From: a virus
Reading direction: 5' to 3' (one strand)
Length of the DNA stretch: 64,000 bases
IMG/VR virus record: IMGVR_UViG_3300002461_000311
Coordinates: 1 to 64,000 of that record
Positions 18,432 through 27,274 of this stretch are shown in pieces; within the stretch, counting starts at the first letter, position 1, and each line of letters starts with the position of its first letter. The position numbers and the translations under genes are program-made. The notes beneath the pieces are model-generated. The model did no database searches, was not told where the DNA came from, and saw only the letters and a list, made by a program, of their open reading frames with translations.

Positions 18432-18935
18432 TTACTTCGACTTTGCCTTCGCCTTGGTCGCGGGCTTGGTTGCCGGCTTCTTCGCGGGGGCCTTCTTTGC
18501 TACTGCCACGGGCTTCTTCGCTGCCATGATGCTCTCCTTGGTAATGCCCGCCTCTGTCGGCCCGGCGGGCGATGGGCCATCCTTGGGCGCGGAACACGCG
18601 ACCCGCAGAACTCTCTCGATCGTGCCGAGTGCTGCCCCGGCACGGACCTGATCCGCGGAGAAGCGCAGCACTTGCCAGCCCAACTCGGCCGCGGCCGCGT
18701 ACTTCTCCAAGTCCTTCTTGTAGCCGCCAATGGTCTGGTGTCTGCTCTTGCCGTTGCCGACCAACCCTTCGACCTCGACCGCGATCTTGCACGGCAGCGC
18801 GAAGTCAAAGCGCCAGTTCCGCTCGGCATGGAAGCGGTGCTCACGGGCAAAGGGGATGGCGCTGGCGCGCAGTTGCAGCGCCAGCGTCTCCTCGCCCACC
18901 GAGGGCGGCCTAGGGATCTTTGTCGGCACCCCCAC
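18432..18935 (-). CDS. PD-(D/E)xK endonuclease (DUF559/Vsr-like) with histone-H1-like Lys/Ala/Pro tail
   Basis: RFDFALP..KIAVEVEG...GWQVLRF core; C-terminus AAKKPVAVAKKAPAKKPATKPATKAKAKSK. Confidence 0.65.
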   Translation of the reverse strand: MGVPTKIPRPPSVGEETLALQLRASAIPFAREHRFHAERNWRFDFALPCKIAVEVEGLVGNGKSRHQTIGGYKKDLEKYAAAAELGWQVLRFSADQVRAGAALGTIERVLRVACSAPKDGPSPAGPTEAGITKESIMAAKKPVAVAKKAPAKKPATKPATKAKAKSK

Positions 18936-19251
18936 CCCCCACGCCGAGCACGCCTTGATGTATCGCCTGGGTGAGCGCCATCAGAGCGTGCATCAATTGA
19001 TCCCCGTGCTGCGCCTCCCACGACTTCGGCGCCGCATGCAGTTGCTCGTGACAGACCCGGCACAGCGGCAGCACCAGACAATCCGGCGCGCGCTTGCCTG
19101 TCCCTCGGAACATCCCAGTGACGTGGTGTGGATCGCTGGCGCCCTGAGCGCCCGCGCACACCACGCACGGCAACGACTTCACCCACGTCAGGTATGGCCG
19201 ACTGCGCCACGCCTCCACATAACCGGCTGCCAGTGCCGATCTGAAAGACAT
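18910..19251 (-). CDS. DUF968-like (HNH-related) protein
   Basis: YLTWVKSLPCVVCG...DPHHV...GKRAPD...LPLCRVCHEQLH pattern. Start set at the third Met. Confidence 0.65.
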   Translation of the reverse strand: MSFRSALAAGYVEAWRSRPYLTWVKSLPCVVCAGAQGASDPHHVTGMFRGTGKRAPDCLVLPLCRVCHEQLHAAPKSWEAQHGDQLMHALMALTQAIHQGVLGVGGGGADKDP

Positions 19252-19401
19252 GCCGCGCGGCACCATGCTTCCGCCGCCCATGCTACGTCCACCTCCACTT
19301 CGCCTTCGACCGATCGATTGCCCCATTGCCTCCTCCGGCGTACGCGAAAAGCTGCACGCGGACTAGGCAATCGGCATGCCATGCACCCGGGGTTTTCCCG
19401 C

Positions 19402-19878
19402 TCATGCGTTTGCCTCTGCCATCAAGGCGGAGTAGGGCTTGCGGATCGCCTCGTGGAAGATCGCCGAGGCCGAGGGGTTCGTGTCGAGATCCCGACGTGT
19501 TTGGATGTCGCACAGCTCGAGCAGGGCTTCGCGTGCGTCAGATTCGTTACGGATCGGGATGCCGTAGCGATTCGCAAGGAACGTGTGGAACGCAGGCTCC
19601 CGGCAGCGCAACACCGCCCACTGGCACAGCGGCCCAGGCCCGGACGGCGCCTTGGGCGCCTCGTCGTCGCCGATCTCCACCAGCACACAGGCGAAGCGGT
19701 GGCCGGCCGTGTTCCCCTTGCGCACGGTCAGCCCGCGGAACACCTCCAGGTCCTCGGAGTTGGGCAGCCAGAACGTGATCGTGGCCCCGCCCGTGTGCGT
19801 CTCCTTCCATCCCGCGAGCATGACTTCGGACTGAAATGTGGGCCGAATCCCTGAGACGCTTTCCACATCGCTGCTCAT
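19402..19878 (-). CDS. hypothetical early protein (158 aa)
   Basis: ATG at 19878 is coupled to the upstream stop; the longer ORF N-terminus is Arg-rich shadow. Confidence 0.6.
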   Translation of the reverse strand: MSSDVESVSGIRPTFQSEVMLAGWKETHTGGATITFWLPNSEDLEVFRGLTVRKGNTAGHRFACVLVEIGDDEAPKAPSGPGPLCQWAVLRCREPAFHTFLANRYGIPIRNESDAREALLELCDIQTRRDLDTNPSASAIFHEAIRKPYSALMAEANA

Positions 19879-20411
19879 CGGTAGGCATCCTCCAACCACA
19901 ACAACGTCGATGATTCGTCGCCGCCTGCCAGCCCCACGGCCTGGGCCACAAGCGAGAGGACGACTGGCAGCCCGCTCGTGGGGCGCTGCGTCACCGGGGC
20001 GCGCTGGCGCAGGAGCTGATCGATCGAGGCCCGCACCCCGGCCGGCATCGCGGACTTCTTGCCTGCCGGGGGCAACTTGGTGACGTGACGTTGCACAGCC
20101 CGCACGCACGCCATGAACTCCGGCAGCGAGGGCGCGTACCGCTGGCAGTCGGTCTTCACCCGCTCCAGGGCGCGCTTCACGTCATCGACATCGCACCGGG
20201 CAAGCTCGGCCGCCCAGACCTTCTGCGCTGCTAGCACGCCGGTATCGCTGCCGGCCGCATCGACCTGGCCCGATCGGAACTTGTCCATCCACTGGTTCCC
20301 GTAGAACCCATGCAGGACGGCGAAGACACGACGCGCCAGGCGCTCGCCGAACTCATCCGACCCGCTCTGCGGTTCCGTGAATGAAGGCCCCATCGTCTGA
20401 ATGCTGCGCAT
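19875..20411 (-). CDS. lambda-P-like replication (helicase-loader) protein
   Basis: ...QKVWAAEL...YAPSLPEFMACVR parallels lambda P ...RQWVLAF...FLPSPGQFVAWCR; directly downstream of the O-like gene. Confidence 0.6.
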   Translation of the reverse strand: MRSIQTMGPSFTEPQSGSDEFGERLARRVFAVLHGFYGNQWMDKFRSGQVDAAGSDTGVLAAQKVWAAELARCDVDDVKRALERVKTDCQRYAPSLPEFMACVRAVQRHVTKLPPAGKKSAMPAGVRASIDQLLRQRAPVTQRPTSGLPVVLSLVAQAVGLAGGDESSTLLWLEDAYR

Positions 20412-21096
20412 GATCTCTCCCGTAGACCGCGTTGAAGAATCCCGACCGATCGTTCTGCGGGCGCCCCCGGCTCTTCAGGGCGAAGAGCCCGGTCCAGCCC
20501 GCCTCCATCGATTGCCTGATGACCTGCGTCGGGTCGTTGCCCTGCGCCTGCAGCTCGGCAAGGAGCTTGAACTGCCGCTGAGCAAGCGGAGGGCGCACCG
20601 GCTTGCGCAGCTCCTTGGATCGGTACCGCAGCCACGCATCCCAGACCTCGCGGTCCAGCCACGCGGGGACGGTTACTGACGGTTCTATGACGGTTCCTGA
20701 TGGTTCGGGTGCAATAGCTGTTGCACCCTTTTCGACGTCAGGTTGCACCCTTTCTGTCGAAAGTTGCACCCTTTCTGACGCCGGGTTGCACCCTTTTTGT
20801 AAGGGTGCAAGATCTGCACCCTTTATCCATTCCGGGTTGATCCGGTACTCGCGCGGCTGTCCGCGCCCACCCTTCTCATGCCCGACCAGGATCAACCAAC
20901 CCTCGGCCTCCATCTGCCTGAGCTGGTACTGCACGGCGCGCTCGGACTGGCGAGTCTTCGCGGCCAGTGCGGCGACGCTCGGGTACACGTGCGTGCCGTC
21001 TTCGTGAGCGTGGTCGGCCAGAGCGAGTGCTAGCAGCATCTCGCTCCCGCCTCGGTGATAGCGATCGAACACAGCGCTCATCACCTTGACGCTCAT
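20353..21096 (-). CDS. replication initiator (lambda-O-like, N-terminal wHTH) carrying the ori iterons
   Basis: HTH-type N-terminus; iteron array lies inside the gene as in lambda O; GGGAGGA RBS. Confidence 0.7.
   Translation of the reverse strand: MSVKVMSAVFDRYHRGGSEMLLALALADHAHEDGTHVYPSVAALAAKTRQSERAVQYQLRQMEAEGWLILVGHEKGGRGQPREYRINPEWIKGADLAPLQKGCNPASERVQLSTERVQPDVEKGATAIAPEPSGTVIEPSVTVPAWLDREVWDAWLRYRSKELRKPVRPPLAQRQFKLLAELQAQGNDPTQVIRQSMEAGWTGLFALKSRGRPQNDRSGFFNAVYGRDHAQHSDDGAFIHGTAERVG
20709..20826. repeat. origin iterons: TGCACCCTTT x5 direct (starts 20722, 20744, 20765, 20787, 20816) plus one inverted copy (20801-20810)
   Basis: Direct reading; the first four are spaced 21-22 bp (two helical turns). 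Confidence 0.8.
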
Positions 21097-21353
21097 CCCT
21101 CATTCCTCCCATCGCCTGCTTCGACGCGCGATGCGAGTCTGCGGATGCGCCCGATGCGTCCGTAGAGGAAATCCTCGAGGATCTGCCGGCCCAGCTCTGC
21201 CGGCGGGATGCCGTGGATGTGGGCGTACGCGCGGAAGTCTTCGCGCATTTGCTCAGAACAGGGGACGTCAATGCGTGCCGTACACTTGCCCAACAGGTCA
21301 GTCACCCCAGACCGAGACTTCAGCCCGGGTTTTGGCCGTCGCTCCCGACTCAT
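21093..21353 (-). CDS. small early regulator candidate (cII position, 86 aa)
   Basis: ATGA-coupled between the cro-like and O-like genes. Confidence 0.55.
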   Translation of the reverse strand: MSRERRPKPGLKSRSGVTDLLGKCTARIDVPCSEQMREDFRAYAHIHGIPPAELGRQILEDFLYGRIGRIRRLASRVEAGDGRNEG

Positions 21354-21598
21354 CCATATCTCCCAGTTTTTGGCCGAGATCGAGCGCGAGCTTTCTTCGC
21401 GACGGCCCGGCGGTTGCGAAGGTCCACGAGCGCCAGGTACAGCTCGGCGTTCGGGCGTTTGCGCTTCCGGTTCAGGAGCCGGCTGATATGACCCTGCGAA
21501 CACTGGATCTCAGCAGCGATCTCCTGCTGGCTCAGGCCGGCGTCAATCAGCCCCGCCAGCAGCAGCTCCACCGGCATCGTGGTAGGTGTGGTCTTCAT
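21350..21598 (-). CDS. cro: Cro-like HTH regulator (82 aa)
   Basis: HTH LSQQEIAAEIQCSQGHISRLLN; divergent from the cI-like gene across the operator region. Confidence 0.7.
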   Translation of the reverse strand: MKTTPTTMPVELLLAGLIDAGLSQQEIAAEIQCSQGHISRLLNRKRKRPNAELYLALVDLRNRRAVAKKARARSRPKTGRYG

Positions 21599-21607
21599 GA
21601 GGTCGGG

Positions 21608-21661
21608 AGTATATGCCTTTCGGCATCCGATTTCAACGCAAGGCATATGCCCGAGAGCGTG
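21608..21661 (-). promoter_or_regulatory. early rightward-type promoter (TTGAAA-17-TATACT, minus strand) with operator ATATGCC-N4-GGCAT in the spacer and a second half-conserved site
   Basis: -10 at 21608-21613 and -35 at 21631-21636 (plus-strand coordinates). Operator sites at 21611-21626 and 21646-21661. Confidence 0.65.
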
Positions 21662-21709
21662 GCGCCCGGGTTGAAAATGCAGGATGCAAGCGAACGCCGG
21701 GAGGGCGCC

Positions 21710-22363
21710 ATGAAAGAATCATTCGGCCAACGCGTGAAGCGCCTGCGCGAAGAGCTTGGCCTCGAGCAGCAACATCTCGCCCAGGCCGTGGGCTGCACCC
21801 AGGGCACGATCTCCAGGATCGAGGGCGGACGCAACAAGACGAGCCGCCTGCTCATGCGCCTGGCCCCTGCGCTCGGGGTGAGTCCGGAGTACCTCGCCAG
21901 CGGCCAAGGCGAGCGATCGGGCGCGAAGCTAACGCTCGTCCCCCAGCCCGAATCGATCCCGGTCATGCCGCTGAGCAAGAAGCGAACGGCCCAAGGCGCG
22001 GGCACGCCGATCGAACAGATCACGCTCTCTCGCGGGTGGGTCAAAGCGAACCTGCCGCTGCTCAGCTCGCCCGCGCACTTGCGCGTGACGACGATGTTCG
22101 GCAACGCGATGTCGCCGACGATCGACAACGGCGATCTGCTGCTGGTCGATACCGGCGTCACTACGCTCCAGCCCGATGCCGTGCTGCTCCTCTCCACGGA
22201 TGGAGACGTGAGTTGCCGGCGCGCGCAGCGGCGCTATGATGACGGATGGACAGTGCGCGCCGACAACCCGGTCTACGAGCCCCAGCACCTCGAGCGCGAG
22301 GCCGACCTGCGCGGGCGCATCATCGGGCGCGTGCTCTACCGGCTGCGCGGCCTGATGCTGTGA
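21710..22363 (+). CDS. cI: CI-like repressor (XRE HTH + S24 LexA-type peptidase)
   Basis: N-terminal HTH (QQHLAQAVGCTQGTISRIEGG) and a C-terminal S24-like domain (GNAMSPTI...). The 5' 208 codons of the long ORF are rejected. Confidence 0.9.
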   Translation: MKESFGQRVKRLREELGLEQQHLAQAVGCTQGTISRIEGGRNKTSRLLMRLAPALGVSPEYLASGQGERSGAKLTLVPQPESIPVMPLSKKRTAQGAGTPIEQITLSRGWVKANLPLLSSPAHLRVTTMFGNAMSPTIDNGDLLLVDTGVTTLQPDAVLLLSTDGDVSCRRAQRRYDDGWTVRADNPVYEPQHLEREADLRGRIIGRVLYRLRGLML

Positions 22364-22671
22364 TGCACTGGCACGATCGGCTGTTGCTGGCCGCCTCGGC
22401 CGCGGCCGTCCTGGTGCTCTGGGTCGTGGGCGGATCGCTGCTGGGTGCCCTCGGCGCCGTCATCCGCTTCTGGCTGTTGTTCATCGCCGCCGCCGCCCTC
22501 CTCGGGCGCCTGCCCTCGGCGCGGCGCATGTCCCCCATCGCCTACTTCAGCTCGGCCGCGGCCATCGCGCTGTGCCTCGAGGTCGGCATCGAGCTGTACC
22601 TGCCCACGGTCGCCCATCTACCCGGCGACGACGGCCCCTGCTACGACAGGCAAGGCCCCCACGACTGCTAG
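22363..22671 (+). CDS. three-TM membrane protein co-transcribed with cI
   Basis: TGATG overlap with the cI stop; hydrophobic segments. Confidence 0.6.
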   Translation: MHWHDRLLLAASAAAVLVLWVVGGSLLGALGAVIRFWLLFIAAAALLGRLPSARRMSPIAYFSSAAAIALCLEVGIELYLPTVAHLPGDDGPCYDRQGPHDC

Positions 22672-22720
22672 TCCCCACGCCTAAGCGCTGACGAGCTTGC
22701 TCGTCGGTGCTCGGTATTGC

Positions 22721-22769
22721 TTGACTTCTCATATGCCCGGCGGCATAATACGCATATCCCTTGCGGCAT
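22721..22769 (+). promoter_or_regulatory. early leftward-type promoter TTGACT-17-CATAAT with operator ATATGCCCGGCGGCAT in the spacer and a second site ATATCCCTTGCGGCAT
   Basis: Hexamers at 22721-22726 and 22744-22749. Operator sites at 22731-22746 and 22754-22769. Confidence 0.7.
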
Positions 22770-22820
22770 GCAGGCGGATCGACAACTGGCCCCGCCGGGC
22801 TTTTGAACGAGGAGTCCCCG

Positions 22821-23045
22821 ATGTTCGACTACAAAGGCACGATTTACCCTGACCAGCCGCGCTCCATCTTCGCACGGCGCACTTCCTGGCAGCGCATCCT
22901 CGCCTACCTGCTGCTCACCATCATCGCCCTGGGCATCGTGGGCGGACTGATCAGCATCGGCGCGCTGATCCACAACGTCACCGACAAGACCCAGCCCATC
23001 AACCGCTCGCAGATCGAGCGTCCGGTGCTGCGGGTCTGCGCGTGA
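22821..23045 (+). CDS. small single-TM protein (74 aa)
   Basis: GGAG RBS; first gene after the promoter. Confidence 0.55.
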   Translation: MFDYKGTIYPDQPRSIFARRTSWQRILAYLLLTIIALGIVGGLISIGALIHNVTDKTQPINRSQIERPVLRVCA

Positions 23046-23212
23046 GCACGCAATCCACCTTGCCCTTCAAGGCCGGCACGCTCGATGAGCTGATCGAGCG
23101 CAAGGCTCAGGAGGCGCACCGGGAGATCAAGCGCCGGGTCGACTGGGCGCGGCGATCCAACGGCCAGCGGCATCGATACGCCCTCCAACGTCTGCGGGAG
23201 TTTTTGAAGTGA
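23042..23212 (+). CDS. small basic protein (56 aa, GTG start); not in the ORF track
   Basis: GTGA overlaps at both ends (23042-23045 and 23209-23212). Confidence 0.4.
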   Translation: MSTQSTLPFKAGTLDELIERKAQEAHREIKRRVDWARRSNGQRHRYALQRLREFLK

Positions 23213-24078
23213 ACGACATCGTCCGATTCGAGCACAAGCCGCTCACGGCAGCCGACCTGCGCGGCCAGGTCAACCTGGTGCAGGAGGTGATGAAGGCCGT
23301 GATGAAGCAGGGCGTCCACTACGGGATCATCCCCGGGTGCGACAAGCCCTCGTTGTGGAAGCCGGGCGCCGAGGTGCTGTGCGCCACCTTCCGCATCGCC
23401 CCCTCGTTCCGGATCGAGGATCTCTCGCGAGAGGGCGCGGCGCGCTACCGCATCACCTGCGTGGGCACCCACCAGTTGAGCGGCGTGGTGCTCGGCGAGG
23501 GGCTCGGCGAATGCACCTCGCATGAGAGCAAGTACAAGTGGCGCAAGGCGTACCAAACCGAGTTCAATCACACGCCCGAGAACCAGCGTCGTATCCGCCA
23601 CGGCTGGGACACCCGCAAGCGCCAGGAATACGAGATCTTGCAGGTCCGCATCGAGCCGGCCGACGTGCTCAACACGATCCTGAAGATGGCGGCGAAGCGG
23701 GCGCTGATCGCGATGACCCTCAACGTCACGGCCGCCTCGGACATCTTCACGCAAGACATCGAGGACCTGTCCGACGAGGTGCGTCACGTCATCACAGGCG
23801 ACGACCCCGGCGCCCAGCAGGGGGGCGATGAGCCCAAGGTCGAGCAGCCCCGCGCCACCCAGGCCAAGGCCGCCACCAAAGACGCGCCGGCTGACGACGA
23901 GCGGGCGGCGCGCAACGCTCAACCGATGGCCGAGGGGCAGTGGCGAATCATCAAAGCCAAGATGGCGCAGCGCAAGCTCACCGATGAGCAACTCGTTGCG
24001 AAGTTCGGGCCGAAAGAGGCGATCACGTTCGGTCAGTTCGCGGCCATCCAGGGATGGATCGACGGAGGGGCGCAGTAA
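23209..24078 (+). CDS. putative single-strand annealing (recombinase) protein
   Basis: Directly upstream of a PD-(D/E)XK exonuclease. The NTILKMAAKRALIAMTLNV...DIFTQDIED segment resembles phage SSAPs; the exact family was not determined. Confidence 0.55.
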   Translation: MNDIVRFEHKPLTAADLRGQVNLVQEVMKAVMKQGVHYGIIPGCDKPSLWKPGAEVLCATFRIAPSFRIEDLSREGAARYRITCVGTHQLSGVVLGEGLGECTSHESKYKWRKAYQTEFNHTPENQRRIRHGWDTRKRQEYEILQVRIEPADVLNTILKMAAKRALIAMTLNVTAASDIFTQDIEDLSDEVRHVITGDDPGAQQGGDEPKVEQPRATQAKAATKDAPADDERAARNAQPMAEGQWRIIKAKMAQRKLTDEQLVAKFGPKEAITFGQFAAIQGWIDGGAQ

Positions 24079-24674
24079 TGCTCGCCTTCGACGAAGCCAC
24101 GCACACGTACACCTACGATGGCCGGCGGGTGCCCAATGTCACGAGCATCATCTCGTCGCTGACCGACTACAGCATGGTTTATCCGGATGTGCTCGAGCGG
24201 GCGCGCCAGCAGGGTGTCGCGGTCCACAAGATGGTGGAGCTGGACACGAGCGGGGAGCTGGAAGAGTTGCCCGAGTGGATGGACTCCTTCTATCGGGCCT
24301 GGCGCAAGTTCGTCGACGAGACCGGGTTCGTCTGCCAGGACTCTGAAGAGCGGGTCTACCACCCCACCCTGCGCTACGCGGGCACGCTGGACCTGGCCGG
24401 GACGCTGACGAACATCAGCGGAAACATGGCGATCATCGACGTCAAGCGCTCGTTCTACGCCGGCCCCGCGATCGGGCTCCAGACCGCGGCCTACCAGGAA
24501 GCCTACAACGCCACGCCCGGACGCCTGCCCGTCAACCAGCGCTACGCGCTGAAGCTCATGGGGACCGGCGAGTACCGGCTCCAAGCGTTCAACGACAAAG
24601 GCGACTTCACCGCCTTTCTTGCAGCACTCACCCTCCACAGATGGAAGGAGAAGCACGGTGTCCAATCTCGCTGA
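24078..24674 (+). CDS. PD-(D/E)XK recombination exonuclease
   Basis: GTLDLAG ... IIDVKR (D...D-x-K) motifs; TAATG coupling. Confidence 0.7.
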   Translation: MLAFDEATHTYTYDGRRVPNVTSIISSLTDYSMVYPDVLERARQQGVAVHKMVELDTSGELEELPEWMDSFYRAWRKFVDETGFVCQDSEERVYHPTLRYAGTLDLAGTLTNISGNMAIIDVKRSFYAGPAIGLQTAAYQEAYNATPGRLPVNQRYALKLMGTGEYRLQAFNDKGDFTAFLAALTLHRWKEKHGVQSR

Positions 24675-25563
24675 CATTCCGGTCAACACACCCACCAATC
24701 CGTTGAGCGTCACGCTGGTGATGACGCCTGAGATCGCCACCCAGTTGCAGCGCGATGCCGGCGCGCTCGAGGTCGCCCAGGCGTACGTGATCGACGGCGC
24801 CGAAATGGCGACGCTCGCCAACGACGAGCTGAAGGCGGTCAAGGACCGGCTCGACAAGCTCGCCGAGCTGAAGGAAGGGTTCCTGCGCCCGGCGCGCGAG
24901 ATCATCGCCAATGCCGAGGCCCTGTTCGACCCGGCCATCAAGGCCAACAAGGCGGCCGAGGCGCACCTCAAGCAGGCGCTGATCGCCTTCCAGGCCGAAG
25001 AGCGCCGCAAGGTCGAGGAGGCGCGGCGTGCGCAGGAAGAGGCCGAGCGCAAGGCGCGCCAGGAGGCTGCCGCCATCGCCGCCAAGGCGCGCGCAGCGGC
25101 CGAAGAGAAGGCCCGGGAGGCGCGGCGCCAGGCGCAGGAGCTTGAGCGCCAGCGCCAGCAGGCCGAGGCCGAGGGCAATGCGCGCGCCGCGGCAGCGGCT
25201 GCCGCAAAGGCCGCCGAAGCCACCGCCAAGGCCGCCGCCGCGATCGAGAACGGGGAAGCCAAGGCGCAGGAGGTCGAGCTGGCGGCTGCCGCATCCGTCG
25301 CCCCGGTCGAGGTCATCGCCCCGACCAAGCTCGCCGGCTTCAGCACGCGAGCGAAGTGGAGCGCGGTGCTCGCGCCCAACGTGAGCAGCGACTACGAGGC
25401 GATCAAGCTGATCGCCGCCGCCATCCCGACGCGCCCGGACCTGGTCGCTTACCTGGCCATCGATTGGAAGGCGGCGAACAAGACCGCCAGCGCGCAGAAG
25501 GCAGTCATGAGCATCCCTGGCTTGATCGCCAAGGAAGAGCAGATCGGAAACTCTCGGAGATAG
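24658..25563 (+). CDS. Ala/Glu-rich coiled-coil protein (GTG start)
   Basis: GGAAGGAG RBS before the GTG at 24658; long AEAK-type coiled coil. Confidence 0.6.
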   Translation: MSNLADIPVNTPTNPLSVTLVMTPEIATQLQRDAGALEVAQAYVIDGAEMATLANDELKAVKDRLDKLAELKEGFLRPAREIIANAEALFDPAIKANKAAEAHLKQALIAFQAEERRKVEEARRAQEEAERKARQEAAAIAAKARAAAEEKAREARRQAQELERQRQQAEAEGNARAAAAAAAKAAEATAKAAAAIENGEAKAQEVELAAAASVAPVEVIAPTKLAGFSTRAKWSAVLAPNVSSDYEAIKLIAAAIPTRPDLVAYLAIDWKAANKTASAQKAVMSIPGLIAKEEQIGNSRR

Positions 25564-25565
25564 CC

Positions 25566-25793
25566 ATGGGTATCGCACTCAAACCCTGCAAGTCCAGCCA
25601 GATCGAAGGATTTGGCTATGACGCCGGCACCCAGACGCTGGCGGTGAAGTTCAAAAGCGGCGACCTCTACCGCTACAGCGGGGTGCCGCCCGAGATCCAC
25701 GAGGAGATGGGCAAGGCCGAGAGCGTGGGCAAGTTCCTCGGCCAGAAGATCAAGGGTGCGTTCGAGTTCGAGCGCGTGACTGAGAAGGACTAG
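25566..25793 (+). CDS. KTSC-domain protein
   Basis: IEGFGYDAGTQTLAVKFKSGDLYRYSGVP...AESVGKF matches the KTSC pattern. Confidence 0.8.
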   Translation: MGIALKPCKSSQIEGFGYDAGTQTLAVKFKSGDLYRYSGVPPEIHEEMGKAESVGKFLGQKIKGAFEFERVTEKD

Positions 25794-25804
25794 GAGGCGT
25801 AGCC

Positions 25805-26005
25805 ATGCAACACGTCGTTCTCGGCTGGGTGGTGAAGGTCGGGCCTTGGGACTCTGCGGCCAAGGAAAAGCCGAAGGTCGCGAGCAAGCGATTCACCGTG
25901 GAGTCGGCCGCGCAGACGTTCGCCGAGCTGCTGCGCAAGGGCACCCCGGACAAGCGGGTCTGGGTGGAGTCCGTCCACGGGCTCGATGACGCGGGGATCT
26001 CATGA
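25805..26005 (+). CDS. hypothetical protein (66 aa)
   Basis: In-operon ORF coupled to the next gene. Confidence 0.5.
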   Translation: MQHVVLGWVVKVGPWDSAAKEKPKVASKRFTVESAAQTFAELLRKGTPDKRVWVESVHGLDDAGIS

Positions 26006-26241
26006 AGTCACAGACCCAGCGCGTACTCGAGCGCCTGCGCCAGGGGCCGCTCACCCACCTCGAGGCCGAGCGCGAGCTGAGCGTCATGCGCCTGGCGGCA
26101 CGCATCAACGAGTTGCGTCGCGAACACCGCATCGAGACGACGATGATTGAAGTCAAGAACCGGGCGGGAGAGATGTGCCGGATCGCCAGCTACTGGCTCC
26201 GGAACGCCACGCCCACAACACGAGAGGACAGTCATGGCTAG
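26002..26241 (+). CDS. winged-helix DNA-binding protein (HTH_39-like)
   Basis: [36 protein letters not shown] pattern. Confidence 0.65.
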   Translation: MKSQTQRVLERLRQGPLTHLEAERELSVMRLAARINELRREHRIETTMIEVKNRAGEMCRIASYWLRNATPTTREDSHG

Positions 26242-26749
26242 CGTTAACAAGGTCATCTTGCTAGGCAATTTGGGGCGCGACCCCGAGACCCGCTACATGC
26301 CCAACGGGGAGGCCGTCACCAACATCAGCATCGCGACGAGCGAGCGATGGAAGGACAAGCAGACCGGCGAGCAGCAGGAGAAAACCGAGTGGCATCGAAT
26401 CACGTTCTACCGCCGGCTCGCCGAGATCGCGGGTGAGTACCTGAAGAAGGGCTCCTCGATCTACGTCGAGGGCAAGCTCGAAACGCGCAAGTGGACCGAC
26501 AAGGACGGCAAGGATCGGTACACGACCGAGATCATCGCCAGCGATCTGCGCATGCTGGGCAGCCCGACCAGTCAGGACGAGGGCCGCGGCGAGCCTCGTC
26601 GGGAGGCGCGCCAAGAGCAGCGCCCGGCGCGCTCTGGTGGCGGAAACTACGATCGGCCACCGCCCAAGGCCGGCGCCAGCATCGCCGATCTTGACGATGA
26701 CATCCCCTTTGCCAACCCCTACCGGGGCGTGCGCTGCTATGTCATCTAA
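26234..26749 (+). CDS. ssb: single-stranded DNA-binding protein
   Basis: [30 protein letters not shown]... OB fold, Gly/Pro-rich linker and a DDDIPF motif. The motif is followed by 12 extra residues. Confidence 0.93.
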   Translation: MASVNKVILLGNLGRDPETRYMPNGEAVTNISIATSERWKDKQTGEQQEKTEWHRITFYRRLAEIAGEYLKKGSSIYVEGKLETRKWTDKDGKDRYTTEIIASDLRMLGSPTSQDEGRGEPRREARQEQRPARSGGGNYDRPPPKAGASIADLDDDIPFANPYRGVRCYVI

Positions 26750-27197
26750 GCGCTGCATCTGTTGCGGAGAGATCAAGGCGATCGACCAGTTCTACGCGCA
26801 CGAAATGATGCGAGACGGACGCCTAAACAAGTGCTCGGCATGCGTGCGAGCGTATCAACGAGAGCGACGGTACGGCCCTGCGCGGGAGCGCATCCACGCT
26901 TATGACAAGCTGCGCTCAGCATCAAGCGAGCGCCGTCAGCTCAACAGGACCGTCACAGCCAGGTATCGGGCGCAGCATCCACGTCGGCGCGCCGCGCAGA
27001 TTGCACTGTGCAATGCCGTGCGGGACAAGCGGGTCGTTCGCTGGCCAGTCTGCGCCCTGCCTGAGTGCGACTGCACGACGGTCGAGGCGCACCACCCTGA
27101 TTACGACGCGCCGCTCGATGTCGTGTGGCTTTGCCCGTCGCACCACAAGGCGGCCCACGCTCTCGCGAGGCGCCCCAGTACAAGGAGCATCGCATGA
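26739..27197 (+). CDS. HNH-type endonuclease (Cys-rich N-terminus)
   Basis: CICCGE...CSAC zinc-ribbon-like N-terminus and C-terminal VEAHHPDY...[11 protein letters not shown]. Confidence 0.65.
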   Translation: MSSKRCICCGEIKAIDQFYAHEMMRDGRLNKCSACVRAYQRERRYGPARERIHAYDKLRSASSERRQLNRTVTARYRAQHPRRRAAQIALCNAVRDKRVVRWPVCALPECDCTTVEAHHPDYDAPLDVVWLCPSHHKAAHALARRPSTRSIA

Positions 27198-27274
27198 TTG
27201 TCGCAGGATTGCTTTGGGTCACGCTGGGGCTTCTCATCGCGATGCTGTTCGGGCTCTTAGCGCAGAACAACTAG
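27194..27274 (+). CDS. 26-aa hydrophobic micro-ORF ([26 protein letters not shown])
   Basis: ATGA overlap with the upstream stop, AAGGAG RBS, single TM helix. Confidence 0.35.
   Translation: MIVAGLLWVTLGLLIAMLFGLLAQNN

Noticed and set aside
21086-21709. N-terminal 208 codons of the 425-aa ORF containing the cI-like repressor
   Set aside because: They overlap the cro-like and cII-position genes on the other strand and have junk composition. A good RBS and ATG lie at 21710, just before the HTH domain.
22691-22706. GACGAGC-tt-GCTCGTC hairpin after the cI operon as a terminator
   Set aside because: The loop of 2 nt is sterically implausible and there is no U-tract. It is only a weak inverted repeat.
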